In this document: one piece after another, positions 1-10,581 of the stretch
How positions within the stretch are numbered: the first letter of the stretch is position 1
Layout: the number at the start of each line of letters is the position of its first letter
Origin: Rebecca billardiae RCC1528
Taxonomy: Eukaryota; Protista; Haptophyta
Reading direction: 5' to 3'
Assembly: GCA_965240325.2 (NCBI GenBank)
Contig: OZ251250.1
Location: 434,001 to 498,000, forward strand
Length of the DNA: 64,000 nucleotides
Notes under the pieces: model-generated
What the model was told of the DNA's origin: nothing
Database searches by the model: none
Seen by the model: only the letters and a program-made list of their open reading frames with translations
Made by a program: the position numbers and the translations under genes

Positions 1-2304
1 CTCAGCCTGCGCTGAGCAGACAGGCGCATCTGCCATGCCATGGGGGGAGCTGGCTGTCTGCCCCGCCAGTGTGCTGGAGGCCGAGCTGAGGAGGAGTCGC
101 TCGACAGCTGCCTGCACGCGGTCGAGCTGTGCCTGGCCGGCCGCGATCTCGTGAGAGCGCGAGGCTTGCTGCAAGGGGATCAGCGCCTTCTTCCCGAGGG
201 CCTCGATGAAAGGGAGCACATCCGGCTGCCCAGCGCCATGGCCGCTGCTGTCCGCTGCAAGCACGTCGAGCAGCCTCTCGCTGCTCTGCACCGAGCGCGT
301 CTGAAAGCGCGTCGTGAGCGCCTTGGTCACCATGTTGCTCAGCGATCTCGTCTCCACGTGCAGCATGGCGGCATGGGCGTATGGCGCAGACAACGCCTCG
401 CCAGCTGGGCACTCCCACGGATGACGCAGGTCGTGGCGCAGGTCGGACCGGATCTCGCCCAGGCGGTTGCCACCGCATTCGACACAGTGCGCAGGGGCTC
501 CAGCTGGGCGATTGCGCAGCACGGGGTAGTGCACGTGCGCAAAGTCATCCAACTCCACCATGCGTGTCATGTACTTGACCGCCAAAGACGGTCCCAGGAA
601 GGCGCTGTGATCACGCACTGCGGCGAGCAGCGTCAGCTCGCCACACGACGCCTCCAGGTGCTCAACCACCGCCCAGCGGAAGCCGATGGCAGACAGGCTG
701 CACGCATGCCTGGCCTCTGCAGCCTGCACGTATGCTGCGACGGATGGCGTCTCCAGCGCGAGGAACTCATCCATGTCGCACAGCAGCACCCACTCTGCAT
801 GGAGGCCCGTCACGTACTGACGGAACGCGTGCGGGAGCGCGTCTGGCTCCGTCTGGTTGCCCGCCGGTAGCAGCTCCACCGCTGGATTGTGTGCCACAGC
901 CTGGTACGCGTCGGCGTCGCCGTCCTGCAGCAGGATGAGGATGCGATCAAAGCCCAGCCGGAGGTACCAGCTCACGAAGAATTCTGCGTAGGGAGCCTCT
1001 CCACTGGCGCGAGTGTAGACGACAAATCGCGGCGGCTGCGAGGTCGCATGGACCGACCACACGGCGTCGCCCTCCTCGGTGCCTCTGCTCAAGGACAGCC
1101 CGCACGCGTGCAGCCGGTGCGCCACCGGCAGCATGGCTGCCCACCACTGCATGTGGCCCAGCGCGCGCGGCTGCTTCCGCCAGCTCTGTGTGCTGTGCCT
1201 GCTGGGCCACGTCCTCCATGGCCTGTGCGGGCCATCCCAGTGCAGAATCCTGGCGAGCGTCGCGTTGCGCAGCGCCTCCTCCAGCTCGACGCCGCCCGGG
1301 ATGCGGTGCCCTTGCACGTAGCGGCTGTACTGGATCGGGTTGGCAAGCACGGACGGCTGGCCGAGCATGCCCATGTTCCAGGCAGGCTGCAAGGGGACGA
1401 TGGCGTTGGTGAGCAAGAGCTGGAGCTCTGTCTCCCCAGGCAGCTCGTACATGCGCTCATGCGCATCCATCGCGCGCAGCTTGCTCCACGCCTCGGGCAG
1501 CCACGGCGCGCTCTGCTGCCGGATGACGAGCACGCCGGTGTCCACAGCCCACAAGGGCAGCGCCGACGACGTCGTGCTGGCTGCGTGGCCATCCGCCTCC
1601 CACTCGCCTGGCACAGGGAGCAGCAGCTGCCGCACGAACGGGTGCTGCCCATGCAGACGCCCCGCAAGCCTGGCGGGCGGCAGCAGCGCGGCAGCCACCG
1701 CAGCTTCGCTCGAGTCCGCTGCCGATGGCAGGAGGCGGGCATGGAGCCTTGCAAGCCCTCGCCTCAGCCAGATCGTCGCCTCGAGCGGGATGCGCATGTC
1801 CAGGTCGTGCAGCTCGCCCAGGTCAGAGCGCACGACGGTGTCACAATTGAGCCAGATGAAGCGCGTGGCCTGCGGGTCGAAGGTAGAGACGTTGAAGAGG
1901 AACCGAGCCCATTTGTACGGGTTGGTCGGAGAAAGTGCACCAGTGCCGTCCTCGGCTGCTGGCCAAATCGTGGGCGTGAGCGCGCGGGGATCGAACCCGT
2001 GCAGCCGGAAGGAGATGTGCGCCGGGAGGCTTTGCGCCGGGAAGATGCACCCGAGCCGCGGTGCCCAGAAGGCGTGGTCGCCGTTTGCCGTGCTCGCAAG
2101 GACGTGCACCCAAAGTGGGCGCTCGGCGCGAGCAGACGAGCTGGCGGCGATGGAACCCAGCAACGCGATCAGCGCCGGCGCGGACTCGCGATCGCAGCCT
2201 GTCACGACGTTGATCCCCGCCGGCCCGCAGAAGGCTCGCTGTGGCCCATGGATCCATGAGACCAGCACCCCGACGGCCAAGAGGCGAGCGAGAGGAGTCG
2301 CCAT
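1..2304 (-). CDS. Two-domain glycosyltransferase: N-terminal signal/anchor, GT8 (GATL/GAUT-like) domain, then GT2-like/GT92-type domain; 3' end runs off the window
   Basis: Hand-translated open frame from ATG 2304 to base 1 (768 codons, no stop, so absent from the track). MATPLARLLAVGVLVSW; GT8 motifs YKWARF, RFIWLNCDTVVRSDLGEL, VDTGVLVI, RMYEL, PAWNMGMLG, ILHWDGPHRPW; second domain EAPYAEFFVSWYLRLGFDRILIL, WVLLCDMDEFL, VKYM, MLHVETRS. Confidence 0.8.
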   Translation of the reverse strand, partial: MATPLARLLAVGVLVSWIHGPQRAFCGPAGINVVTGCDRESAPALIALLGSIAASSSARAERPLWVHVLASTANGDHAFWAPRLGCIFPAQSLPAHISFRLHGFDPRALTPTIWPAAEDGTGALSPTNPYKWARFLFNVSTFDPQATRFIWLNCDTVVRSDLGELHDLDMRIPLEATIWLRRGLARLHARLLPSAADSSEAAVAAALLPPARLAGRLHGQHPFVRQLLLPVPGEWEADGHAASTTSSALPLWAVDTGVLVIRQQSAPWLPEAWSKLRAMDAHERMYELPGETELQLLLTNAIVPLQPAWNMGMLGQPSVLANPIQYSRYVQGHRIPGGVELEEALRNATLARILHWDGPHRPWRTWPSRHSTQSWRKQPRALGHMQWWAAMLPVAHRLHACGLSLSRGTEEGDAVWSVHATSQPPRFVVYTRASGEAPYAEFFVSWYLRLGFDRILILLQDGDADAYQAVAHNPAVELLPAGNQTEPDALPHAFRQYVTGLHAEWVLLCDMDEFLALETPSVAAYVQAAEARHACSLSAIGFRWAVVEHLEASCGELTLLAAVRDHSAFLGPSLAVKYMTRMVELDDFAHVHYPVLRNRPAGAPAHCVECGGNRLGEIRSDLRHDLRHPWECPAGEALSAPYAHAAMLHVETRSLSNMVTKALTTRFQTRSVQSSERLLDVLAADSSGHGAGQPDVLPFIEALGKKALIPLQQASRSHEIAAGQAQLDRVQAAVERLLLSSASSTLAGQTASSPHGMADAPVCSAQAE

Positions 2305-2484
2305 CGCTTCGCCAAATCTCCTTCCAACGACAACCCGGCCGTCAGCTCAGTCCGGGCCGCACCCGGACACACGCGCTGGGCAGCCGACTATTCACTAGAT
2401 ATTGCATTTGGCAAGCACGGCGCGGCCAACCGTCGCCGCGGCCGCTGCCTCGCGCTGGGGCGAGCACGGGCTGCTGCCGCGACG

Positions 2485-5400
2485 ATGCTGCCGCGCCGCC
2501 CTGGCCGCACGCCGCGCGCCGAGCCGCGCGGCGCGCCCGCCCCGTCCGCCCCGCCCGCCCGCGAGCCCGACGAGCCCGACGACGACGACGACGACGCCAT
2601 CGCCGAGTGGCAGATCCGCATCACGGCACACGTGCTGCGCAAGCGCACCGCCGGGCTGCGCGCGCACGCGGCGCGCACGCAGCGCGCCGTCTCGCGCGCG
2701 GCGAGCGCGTGGCTCGCGCGCGAGGAGGCGCGCGCGTGGCGCACCTGGCTCGCCGCCGCCGCCACCGCGCGCGCCGCCGCCGCCGCGCTGCGCGCCCGCC
2801 TCGCCGTGCGGCGGCTGCGCTCGGCGGCCGCCGCGGCGCGGCTTGGCCGCGAGCGCATGCGCGCCGCCGCGGCGCGCGCGGCGGCGCGAGGCGCGCGCGC
2901 GCGCGCGCGGCTCGCGCTCGCGCGCTGGACGAGGCACGCAAGCCGCGCGCGCGCGCGCGCGCGCGCCGCGGCCTTCGCCCGCCGCGCCGCGTGGCGCGCG
3001 CTCGTGCGAGCCGCGATCGAGCGAGCGAGCAGCGCGGCGCGCGCGGCCGCCGCGAGCGCGCGCCGCGGCGCCGCGGCGCGCGCGCTGGACGCGATCGCGC
3101 GCGCGGCGGCGGGCGCGGGCGCGCTACATGCCGCGGTGGGCTTTGCGCACGCCCGCGCACGCGCGCGCGCGCTCGAGGGCTGGAGCGCCGCCGCCGCGCG
3201 CCGCCGCGGCGCGCGCGCGCGAGCGGCGCGCGCGCCCGCCGCCGCGGCGCGCGCGGCCGCGGCCGCCGCCGCGGCCGCGCTGCTCGCGTGGCGGCGCGAG
3301 GCGGCGTGGCGCGCGGCGGCGCGCGCGGCGGCGCGCGCGCTCGCGCCGCGCCGCGCGCGCGCCCTCCTCGCGCCGCGCTACCGCGCGTGGCTCGCGCGCT
3401 ATGTCGGGCGCGCGCGCGTCGCGCTGGGAGGAGCGCTCGCGGCGCGCGGCGCGCTGCGGCGGTGCGCGCGCGGCGGTGCGCGCGCGGCGGCGGATGCGGC
3501 GGCGCGCGGCGCGCGGGCGGGGTGCGCGGCGCGCGTGGCGCTCGGCCGCGCGCGCCGCGCGCTCGCCGCGTGGCGCGTGCGCTGCCACCACGCCGCGCGC
3601 GCCCGCGCGCGCCGCGCGGCCGCGGCGCGCGCCCAGCTCGCGCGCTGGGCGGCGGAGGCGGCGCACGCGCGCGCGGCGCGCGCGGCGCGCGCGGCCGCGG
3701 CGCGCTGCGCGGACGTGCGCGCGGCGACGCGCGCGGTGCAGCGGCTGCGGAGCGCGGTGCTGCGCTCGGCCGTCGGCCGCGCCGCCGCGCTCGCCGCGAC
3801 CGCGGCCGGCCTCGCGACGGCGCTGGCGCGGCTGCGCGCGGCCGCGCGCGCCGGCGCGCGCGCCGCGGCCGCGCGCGCGCGCGCGCGCCGGCGCGCGCTG
3901 CGCCGATGGGTGCGGCGCGCGCTCGGCGCGGCGGGCGCGCCGGCGGGCGCGCAGGTATCGCACGCCGCCGCGCGCCTTGCGCTGAGCGCGCGGCGGCGCG
4001 CGTGCGCGCGCGCGCTCGGCGCGCTGCGCCTCGCGCGCGCGCGCGCGCACGCCGCGCGGCGCGCGCGCGCGGCCGCCGCGCGCGCCGCCGCGCGGCGCGC
4101 GGCCGCCGCGCTGCGCGCGCACACCGCGCGCGCGCGGCGGCGGCGCGCGCTCGCGGAACGCGCGCGCGCGGCGCGCGCGCGAGTGGCATGGGAGCGGCTG
4201 CTCCTCGCGCGCGTCGCCGCGCTCGGCCGCGCCGACGCGCGCGCGGCGGCGCGCGCGCGCGCGCGCGCGCGCGGCGCGCGCGCGCGCTCGGCGCGTGGCG
4301 CGCGGCCGCGCGCGGCGGCGCGGCCGCGCGCGCCACCGCCGCGCGCGGCGCGGCGCGCTGGCGCGCGTGCGCGACGGGCGTGGCGCTCGGCCGTTGGCGC
4401 GGTGCTCCGCCCGCCGCGCGCGGCCGCACGCACGCCGCCGCCGCCGCCGCGCACTGGCGCGCGCGCGCGCTGCGCGCCGCGGCCGCGCGCTGGCGCGCCA
4501 CGCGCCGCGCGCGCGGCGCGCGCGTCACGCGCGGCCGCGCGCGCCGCGCCGCGCTGCGCGCGTGGGCGGCGGCGGCGCGCGCGCGCGCGGCGCGCGGCGC
4601 GACGGACGCGGCGCGCGCGCCTGCGCGCGCGCGCGCCGCGCGCGCGCGCCGCGGCCGCGCCGCGCTACGCGCCTGGCGCCGCGCGGCCACGCGCGCCGCG
4701 GCCGCGGCCGCCGCGGCCGCGGCCGCGGCCGCGGCCGCGCGCGCCGCCGCGGCCGCGCGCGCCCTGCTCGCTTTGCTCACGGCGCGCGCGGCGGCGGCGC
4801 GGCGGTGCGCGGCGGCGGCGCGGCTGGCGCGGTGGCGCGCCGCAGTGGCGGTTCGCGGCTGGCGCGCCGCCGCGCCGCCCGCGCGCGCCGCCGCCGCGCG
4901 CGCCGCCGCCGCGCTCGGGCGGCGCGCGGCGGCGGCGCGGCGCGCGGCCGCGCTGCGCGCGTGGGCGGTGGCGTGTGCGCGCGGCCGCCGCCGCCGCCGC
5001 CGCGCCGCGCCGCCGCCCATCGCGCTGCCGCCGCCGCCGCCGCCGCGCGCGGTGCGCCCGCGCGCCGCGCCGCCGCCGCCGCGCCGCGCCGGCTCGCCCG
5101 TCGCGCTCTCGCCGCGCCACGCCGCGCTGCGCGCGCACGCGCTCGCGCGCGCGCGCCGCGCCGCGCTCGCGCGCTGGCGGCGCGCCGCGCTGCGCGGCGG
5201 CGCGCGCGGCGACGGCGCGAGGCACGCGCGCGCGCTGCGCGCGCGCGCGGCGCCGGCGGCGCGGCGCGCGGCGGACGCGGCGGCGCGCCGCGCGCTGCGC
5301 GCGCTGTGCCGCGGCGCCGCGGCGCGCGCCGCGTGGGGCGCGCTCGCCGCGCGCGCCGCGCCGCGCGCCGCGGCGGCCGCGCGCGCGGCCGCGGCCGGCG

Positions 5401-7204
5401 CGGCCGCGCGCTGGGCGGCGCGCGCCGCGCCCGCGGCGCGCGCGGCCGCGGCGCTGCGCCGCGCGGTGCTGCGGCGCGGCGCGCGCGCGTGGCGCCGCGC
5501 GCACGCGGCGTGGGCGCTCGCCGAGCGCGCGCACGCGCGCGCCGCGCCCGTCGCGCGCGCGTGCGCCCGCGCGCTCGGCCGCTGGGCGGCGGCGCGGCGC
5601 GCGGCCGCGGCGCGCGCCGCGCGCGCCGTGCGCGGCCGCGCGGCCGCGGCCGCGCGCGCGCAGGCGGCCGCGCTGCGCGCGTGGCACGCGCGCAGCGCGG
5701 CGCCGGGCGCGGGCGCGGCGCGCGCGCTGCGCGCGCGCGCCAAGGCGCTCGCGGCGGAGGAGGCGCGCGCCTGGGCCCGCGCCGCCGCCGTGCACGCCTG
5801 GGCCGCGGCGACCGCGCGCGCGCGCGCGGCCGCCGCCGCGGCCGCGGCCGCGGCCGCGCGCGCCGCCGCGCGCGCGCTCGCGCGCCTCCGCGCGCGCGCC
5901 GCCGCCGCCGCGGCGGCGAGGCGCGCCGCGCGCGGCGTCGCACTGGCGCGCTGGCGGCGGCGCGCGTACGCGCGCGCCGCCGCCGCCGCCGCCGCGCGCC
6001 TGCCGCGCGTCGCCGACGCCGTCGGCGCGCCGGGCGCGCCCCAGCTGCGGCCGCTGCTGCGCGCGCGGCGCGCGGCCGCGCGCGCCGCGCTCGGCTGCTG
6101 GCGCGCGCGCGCCGCCGCCGCCGCCGCGGCGGCGTACGCGCCCGTCGCGTTCGGCGCGGCGGCCGACGGCGGCGCGCCGGGCGCCGAGGCGCGGCTGCCC
6201 GCCTCGCTGCACGCCGCCGTCGCCGCGGCCGTGCGCGACTCGCTCGACGCGCCGCCGCCGCCGCCGCCGGCGCGCGCCGCCGACGCGCCGCCGCGCCGCG
6301 CGGGCGGTGGCGCGTGGGCAAGCTCCGCCCAACGCCGCGGCGGGCCGCCCTCGTCCGCGTCCGCGTCGACGGCGTCGCTCGGCGAGGTGCGCGTCACGCA
6401 CAGCGCGCTGCCCACGCCGCCGCACACGCCGCTCGGCCGCGCGCCCGCCGCGCCCGGCCACGATGGCCGCTTCCGCCGAGGCCGATCGCCTGGGCGCGTG
6501 CACGCCACGCCGTCTCCGCGCGCGTCTGCTGCCGGCGGCGCCGAGGCGGCGGGCGCGGCCGGGCCGTGGTGGGCGGCGGCGGCGGCGGCGGTACCGCCGG
6601 CCGGCCACGCCGCGCCGCGCCCCGCCGCCGACTTCGAGGGCTCGCCGCGCGCGCAGCCTCCTCGCAGCGGGTGCGTGCGCCGCGCGCACCCCGCCCCCCC
6701 GCCCCTCGCCGCGCGCTGCCACTCCCGCCCCCGTGCACAGACACGCCCTGGCCTGCGCCCGCCTCGCGGCCGCGCGCGCGCGTGCGCGGGACGACGTGTT
6801 TCGCACGCCATGCCATGCCGCATCCAAGCTGACGCGCTCGCGCCGCCGCCCGCTGCGCCGCCGCGCCGCGCGCGTGCCGCCGCAGGGAGCACGGGCCGCT
6901 GGCGGCGAGCGCCGAAACGCCCGCGGCGGCAGCCGTCACAACGCCCGTCGCGGCGGTGGCCGTTGGCGCGCGCGCCGCCTCCTTCTCCTCCGCCGCCTCG
7001 GACGACGACGGCGGCGGCGGTGGCGGCGCGGCGCCCACCGTCACGCCGCCCGCCGCCCCGGCCCCGTCGGTGGACGTGTGGCAGCCTCGGCTCGAGGGGT
7101 ACGGCGCCGCCGCCGTCACGTACACGCACGCCCACAGGCCGGTCGCGCCCGCCGCGCGCCGCGCGCTCCGGCTCGGCGTCGCGTCGGCGGAGGCGAGGGG
7201 CTGA
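2485..7204 (+). CDS. Ala/Arg-rich helical repeat protein with periodic Trp (Sfi1-like centrin-binding repeats); apparent frameshift near 4250-4285; intron 6671-6885
   Basis: Recurring 'ALxxWR/LARW' units in the 2485 frame up to about 4270, continuing in the 2241 frame. GT..AG intron 6671-6885 (GCTGAC branch-like site) joins in frame to the 6956-7204 ORF. Confidence 0.5.
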
Positions 7205-7316
7205 CCGCGGGCGCGCCGCCGCCAGAAGATTTGAGCGCGCGCTGCCGCTAGACGAAGAGATCTGCTGATCTGCTCGACTACCACTACTGGCCTAGCTTGC
7301 ATCAGCCGAGCTGATG

Positions 7317-7471
<155 letters not shown>

Positions 7472-7482
7472 GATCTATATAT

Positions 7483-7973
7483 GTCTAGCCGTCCTCGTGA
7501 ACGCCGACGCCAACTGCTGGCCGAAGGTGGGCACGCCGCCTGGCATGTCGATGCCGAGGCGGCTGCGTGTGTTCCTACTCAGTGGGATTTACGTGTCCTC
7601 ATGCCTTGGCGAGCGGCAGCAGATGCGGTGGGCATGCCGCTCGCCGTCGACGAGACGCGGTGCGTGAGTGTTGCCGAAAGATGTTGGTCGGTGCACGCGA
7701 CGCGCCACCCGCGTGCGAGCCGCCGCCGCCGGCGACGCAGGACGAGCTTGGCTGGAGCCATCTCGCACGCCGCGCCTGGCGAAGCAGGCGGCAGAGGCCG
7801 GCGCCGGAAATCGATCTCCTGGGCGGCAGAACAACCCGGACAGACTGTTTGTCCGGGAGCAGCGCCCTTTGAGGCGATGGTCTGGTAGAGGGCGATGTGG
7901 CTGATGAGCGGCGCTGGCGCCCGGCGTTCTTGTCGTCCTCTTAGACAATCAGTTATTGTACCAATAACCCCAC
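7483..7973 (+). mobile_element. Dispersed repeat (segments A+B) embedded in TA-rich DNA; putative non-autonomous element
   Basis: 7483-7670 is the reverse complement of 62167-62354; 7670-7973 closely matches 62355-62653 (-) and 62792-63082 (+). TA-rich on both sides; subterminal hairpin GTTATTG-TAC-CAATAAC. Confidence 0.75.
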
Positions 7974-8200
7974 ATATACGCATTATATATACATATATGT
8001 ATATATACACACATATATCTATATAGATATATATATAGATATATGATGTACATTGCGCGCGCTGCTGATTATGCGCATGGCGCCCGCCGCGCTGCCGCCG
8101 CCTATCGCTGAGTCGCACTGATGAGTCACGGGCACCGCCACTGATGCCAGTCATCACGTCAGCGCCGCTGCCCGCTCCCGGCCCGGCCTTGCGCTTGGGG

Positions 8201-9349
8201 CTACGTGAGGATCGGCAGCGGTCCTCCCGGGCGGCAGAGCGGGTATTGCCGGGCGGTGCGACCGCACGGCGCCTCGGCGCCCGCCGCCGCCACGCCGCCG
8301 GCTGCGCGCGCGGCCGCCGCCAACGGCTCAGAGTCAGGCGGCTGCCGCGGCTGCGGCTGCGGCCGCGCCGGCGGCGAGCGCTCCGCCGGCTGGTGAGCGC
8401 GCTCGAGCGTCGCGGCCGCCCACACGCGGCAGCCGCGCCTCGCCGCGCGCGCGTCGAGCGGCACGCACGCCGGCGGCGCACACGGCGAGGGCGGCGCTCG
8501 GCGCGCCTGCGGCGGCGCCGGCCGATCGGCGGGCGGCAGCCATGCTGAACCCGCGCCGCGCGCCGCCGCGCCGTGCGGCGCGCCCTGGCGCTCGCCCGCA
8601 CGCGCGCCGTGCGCCGCCACCCACGCATGCTCGGCGGCAAAGTCGTGCGCGGGGTGGCCCCGCGCGCGCAGCCAGGCGAGGCGCTGCGCCTTCGCGCGCA
8701 TGGGCACGTCCACGTCCCTCGCGACCCGCGCCGCGGCCGCCCCGCCGCCCGCCGTGCCGTTGCCGCCGAGCCCGCCGGCCGCGTCCGCGGCGCCGCGCGC
8801 TGACCAGTAGTGGTAGCGCGCGCCCGGGCCGGTGTGGGCGTCGGCGGCGTCGGCGAAGCCCCAGAGCCACAGCGTCGAGCACACCGACGCCGAGAGCAGC
8901 GCGTACAGCGCGACGAAGCCCGACGTGGGCACGGTCGTGCGCCCGCCCAGGGGCGGGCGGTCGAGGCAGGTGCGCGCGAGCGAGGCGGCGGCCGGCGCGA
9001 CTGCGCACGCGCGCACGGTGGGGTGGCACGCGGCGAGCGCGCGCAGCGTGGCGTTGCACGCGTTCGCGTCGTGGCCGTGCCAGAACAGCACGCCGCCCGG
9101 CTCGGCGTCCGCCACGGCCGCGTGCACCGCGCGCGCGTCCGCCTCCCTCCGTTCGTGGGCCAGCGTCGTCTGCAGCCACCGCCCGTCGGTGCGCGCGCCG
9201 ACGTGGCGCTCGTACCCGAGGGTCGGGCCGATGCCGACGCGTATGACGGCGTCGGCCGCGTCGATGCGCGGCCCGTCCGACCGCTCGAGGAGCATCCCCG
9301 CCGTCGAGACGAGGCTGCACGTCCGCCAGCCGAGGCCGCACGGCGCCAT
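8201..9349 (-). CDS. GT29 sialyltransferase-like protein (start uncertain)
   Basis: All four sialylmotifs in order: L (RTCSLVSTAG..GPRIDAADAVIRVGIGPTLGYERHVGARTDGR), S (PTSGFVALYALLSASVCSTLWLWGF), III (YHYW), VS (HDFAAEH). Nearest ATG at 9349. Confidence 0.85.
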   Translation of the reverse strand: MAPCGLGWRTCSLVSTAGMLLERSDGPRIDAADAVIRVGIGPTLGYERHVGARTDGRWLQTTLAHERREADARAVHAAVADAEPGGVLFWHGHDANACNATLRALAACHPTVRACAVAPAAASLARTCLDRPPLGGRTTVPTSGFVALYALLSASVCSTLWLWGFADAADAHTGPGARYHYWSARGAADAAGGLGGNGTAGGGAAAARVARDVDVPMRAKAQRLAWLRARGHPAHDFAAEHAWVAAHGARAGERQGAPHGAAARGAGSAWLPPADRPAPPQARRAPPSPCAPPACVPLDARAARRGCRVWAAATLERAHQPAERSPPARPQPQPRQPPDSEPLAAAARAAGGVAAAGAEAPCGRTARQYPLCRPGGPLPILT

Positions 9350-9434
9350 CGGTTGCGGTCGCTCGGCTGGCCAACGACTTTGCGCATTTTCTCCTGGTCC
9401 GGTGTAGCCGAACCGGCCGTGGTGAGGCTCGGCG

Positions 9435-9971
9435 ATGCGCGCGTCACTCGCCGACGCCTTCGTGCCGGCGCTCGCCGCGGTGGCGCTCGCGGGCGCCCCG
9501 CCGGCGATCGCAGCCCCTCTGGTAAGCGGGCGCGTCCTCATCGCCGACGGGGCTGAGCAGCCCCCGCCCGCGGACACCGGCCCCGCCCTGTACGTGACCG
9601 TGCGGCCGTCGGCGCCCGACAACGTGCCGCGCGCGATTCTGGACGGCTCGCGCGGCAAGCCGCCGCCGATCGCGGCGTCGCGCTTCGCGCCGCCGCTGTC
9701 CTTCCCGTTCGAGTTCACGCTCGACGACGTGGCCGACCTCACGCCCGAGGGCGCGGCGGAGCCCCAGCGCTGGTGGGCGTCAGTCGATCGCTTCGTCGTC
9801 TCCGCCCGGCTCGACTCGGACGGCGTGGCCGCGACGCGCGCGCCGACGGACCTGGTCGGGCAGAGCGTGTGCGCGGCCGACGGTGCGGTGGCGCGTGCGG
9901 CTGGCGCGTGCACGCTGCGCGTGGGTGGGCGCGGGAGCGGTGGGCGTCTGATCACGTCGCCCTCGAAGTAG
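9435..9971 (+). CDS. Signal-peptide-bearing small protein resembling the CycH/CcmH C-terminal beta domain; conserved algal-type hypothetical
   Basis: Hydrophobic N-terminus ending AIA-AP; ALYVTVRP, PPPIAASRF, FPFEFTLD, FVVSARLDSDGVAATR..DLVG; normal coding codon usage. Confidence 0.65.
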   Translation: MRASLADAFVPALAAVALAGAPPAIAAPLVSGRVLIADGAEQPPPADTGPALYVTVRPSAPDNVPRAILDGSRGKPPPIAASRFAPPLSFPFEFTLDDVADLTPEGAAEPQRWWASVDRFVVSARLDSDGVAATRAPTDLVGQSVCAADGAVARAAGACTLRVGGRGSGGRLITSPSK

Positions 9972-10240
9972 TTAGCGGTTAGTGACGGCACGCGCATATC
10001 AGTAATTGGCGCCCGGACCGGCCGGACCCGACCCGCATGGGCATTGGGCATGGAGTATGTCATAGGCGGATATATATTGGACACTGCTGCTGTTCAGTTC
10101 AGACTAACAGTGGGCAAAGTGCGCGCTGCCGCCGATCTGTGACTACTATACGATGACTGACTGACTGCTGGCCGCGCCGTTCGGACGCCGACGCGCGGTC
10201 CCGCGCGGGCCTGGCGGGCCACATACGCCGCGCCATACGC

Positions 10241-10427
<187 letters not shown>

Positions 10428-10581
10428 CCGGGCCATATAAGTCCGCGCACCGATATTATCGTCCAGTCGTGAAATAATATATCGACCGCGCGTCCCGCTG
10501 GCCTCCGTCGGTCCGAGCCGGGCGAGCGCGCACGGCTTAGCAGCCGCACACCGAATCAACTCGGACCGGGGCTTATAGTCC

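Noticed and set aside
2241-7302. Several ORFs over 500 aa in all six frames
   Set aside because: Shadow frames of near-pure GC sequence; only the Trp-periodic frames look like protein.
9350-10084. N-terminal 245 aa of the 627-aa minus ORF
   Set aside because: Antisense to a better-supported plus-strand gene; no signal anchor or motif.
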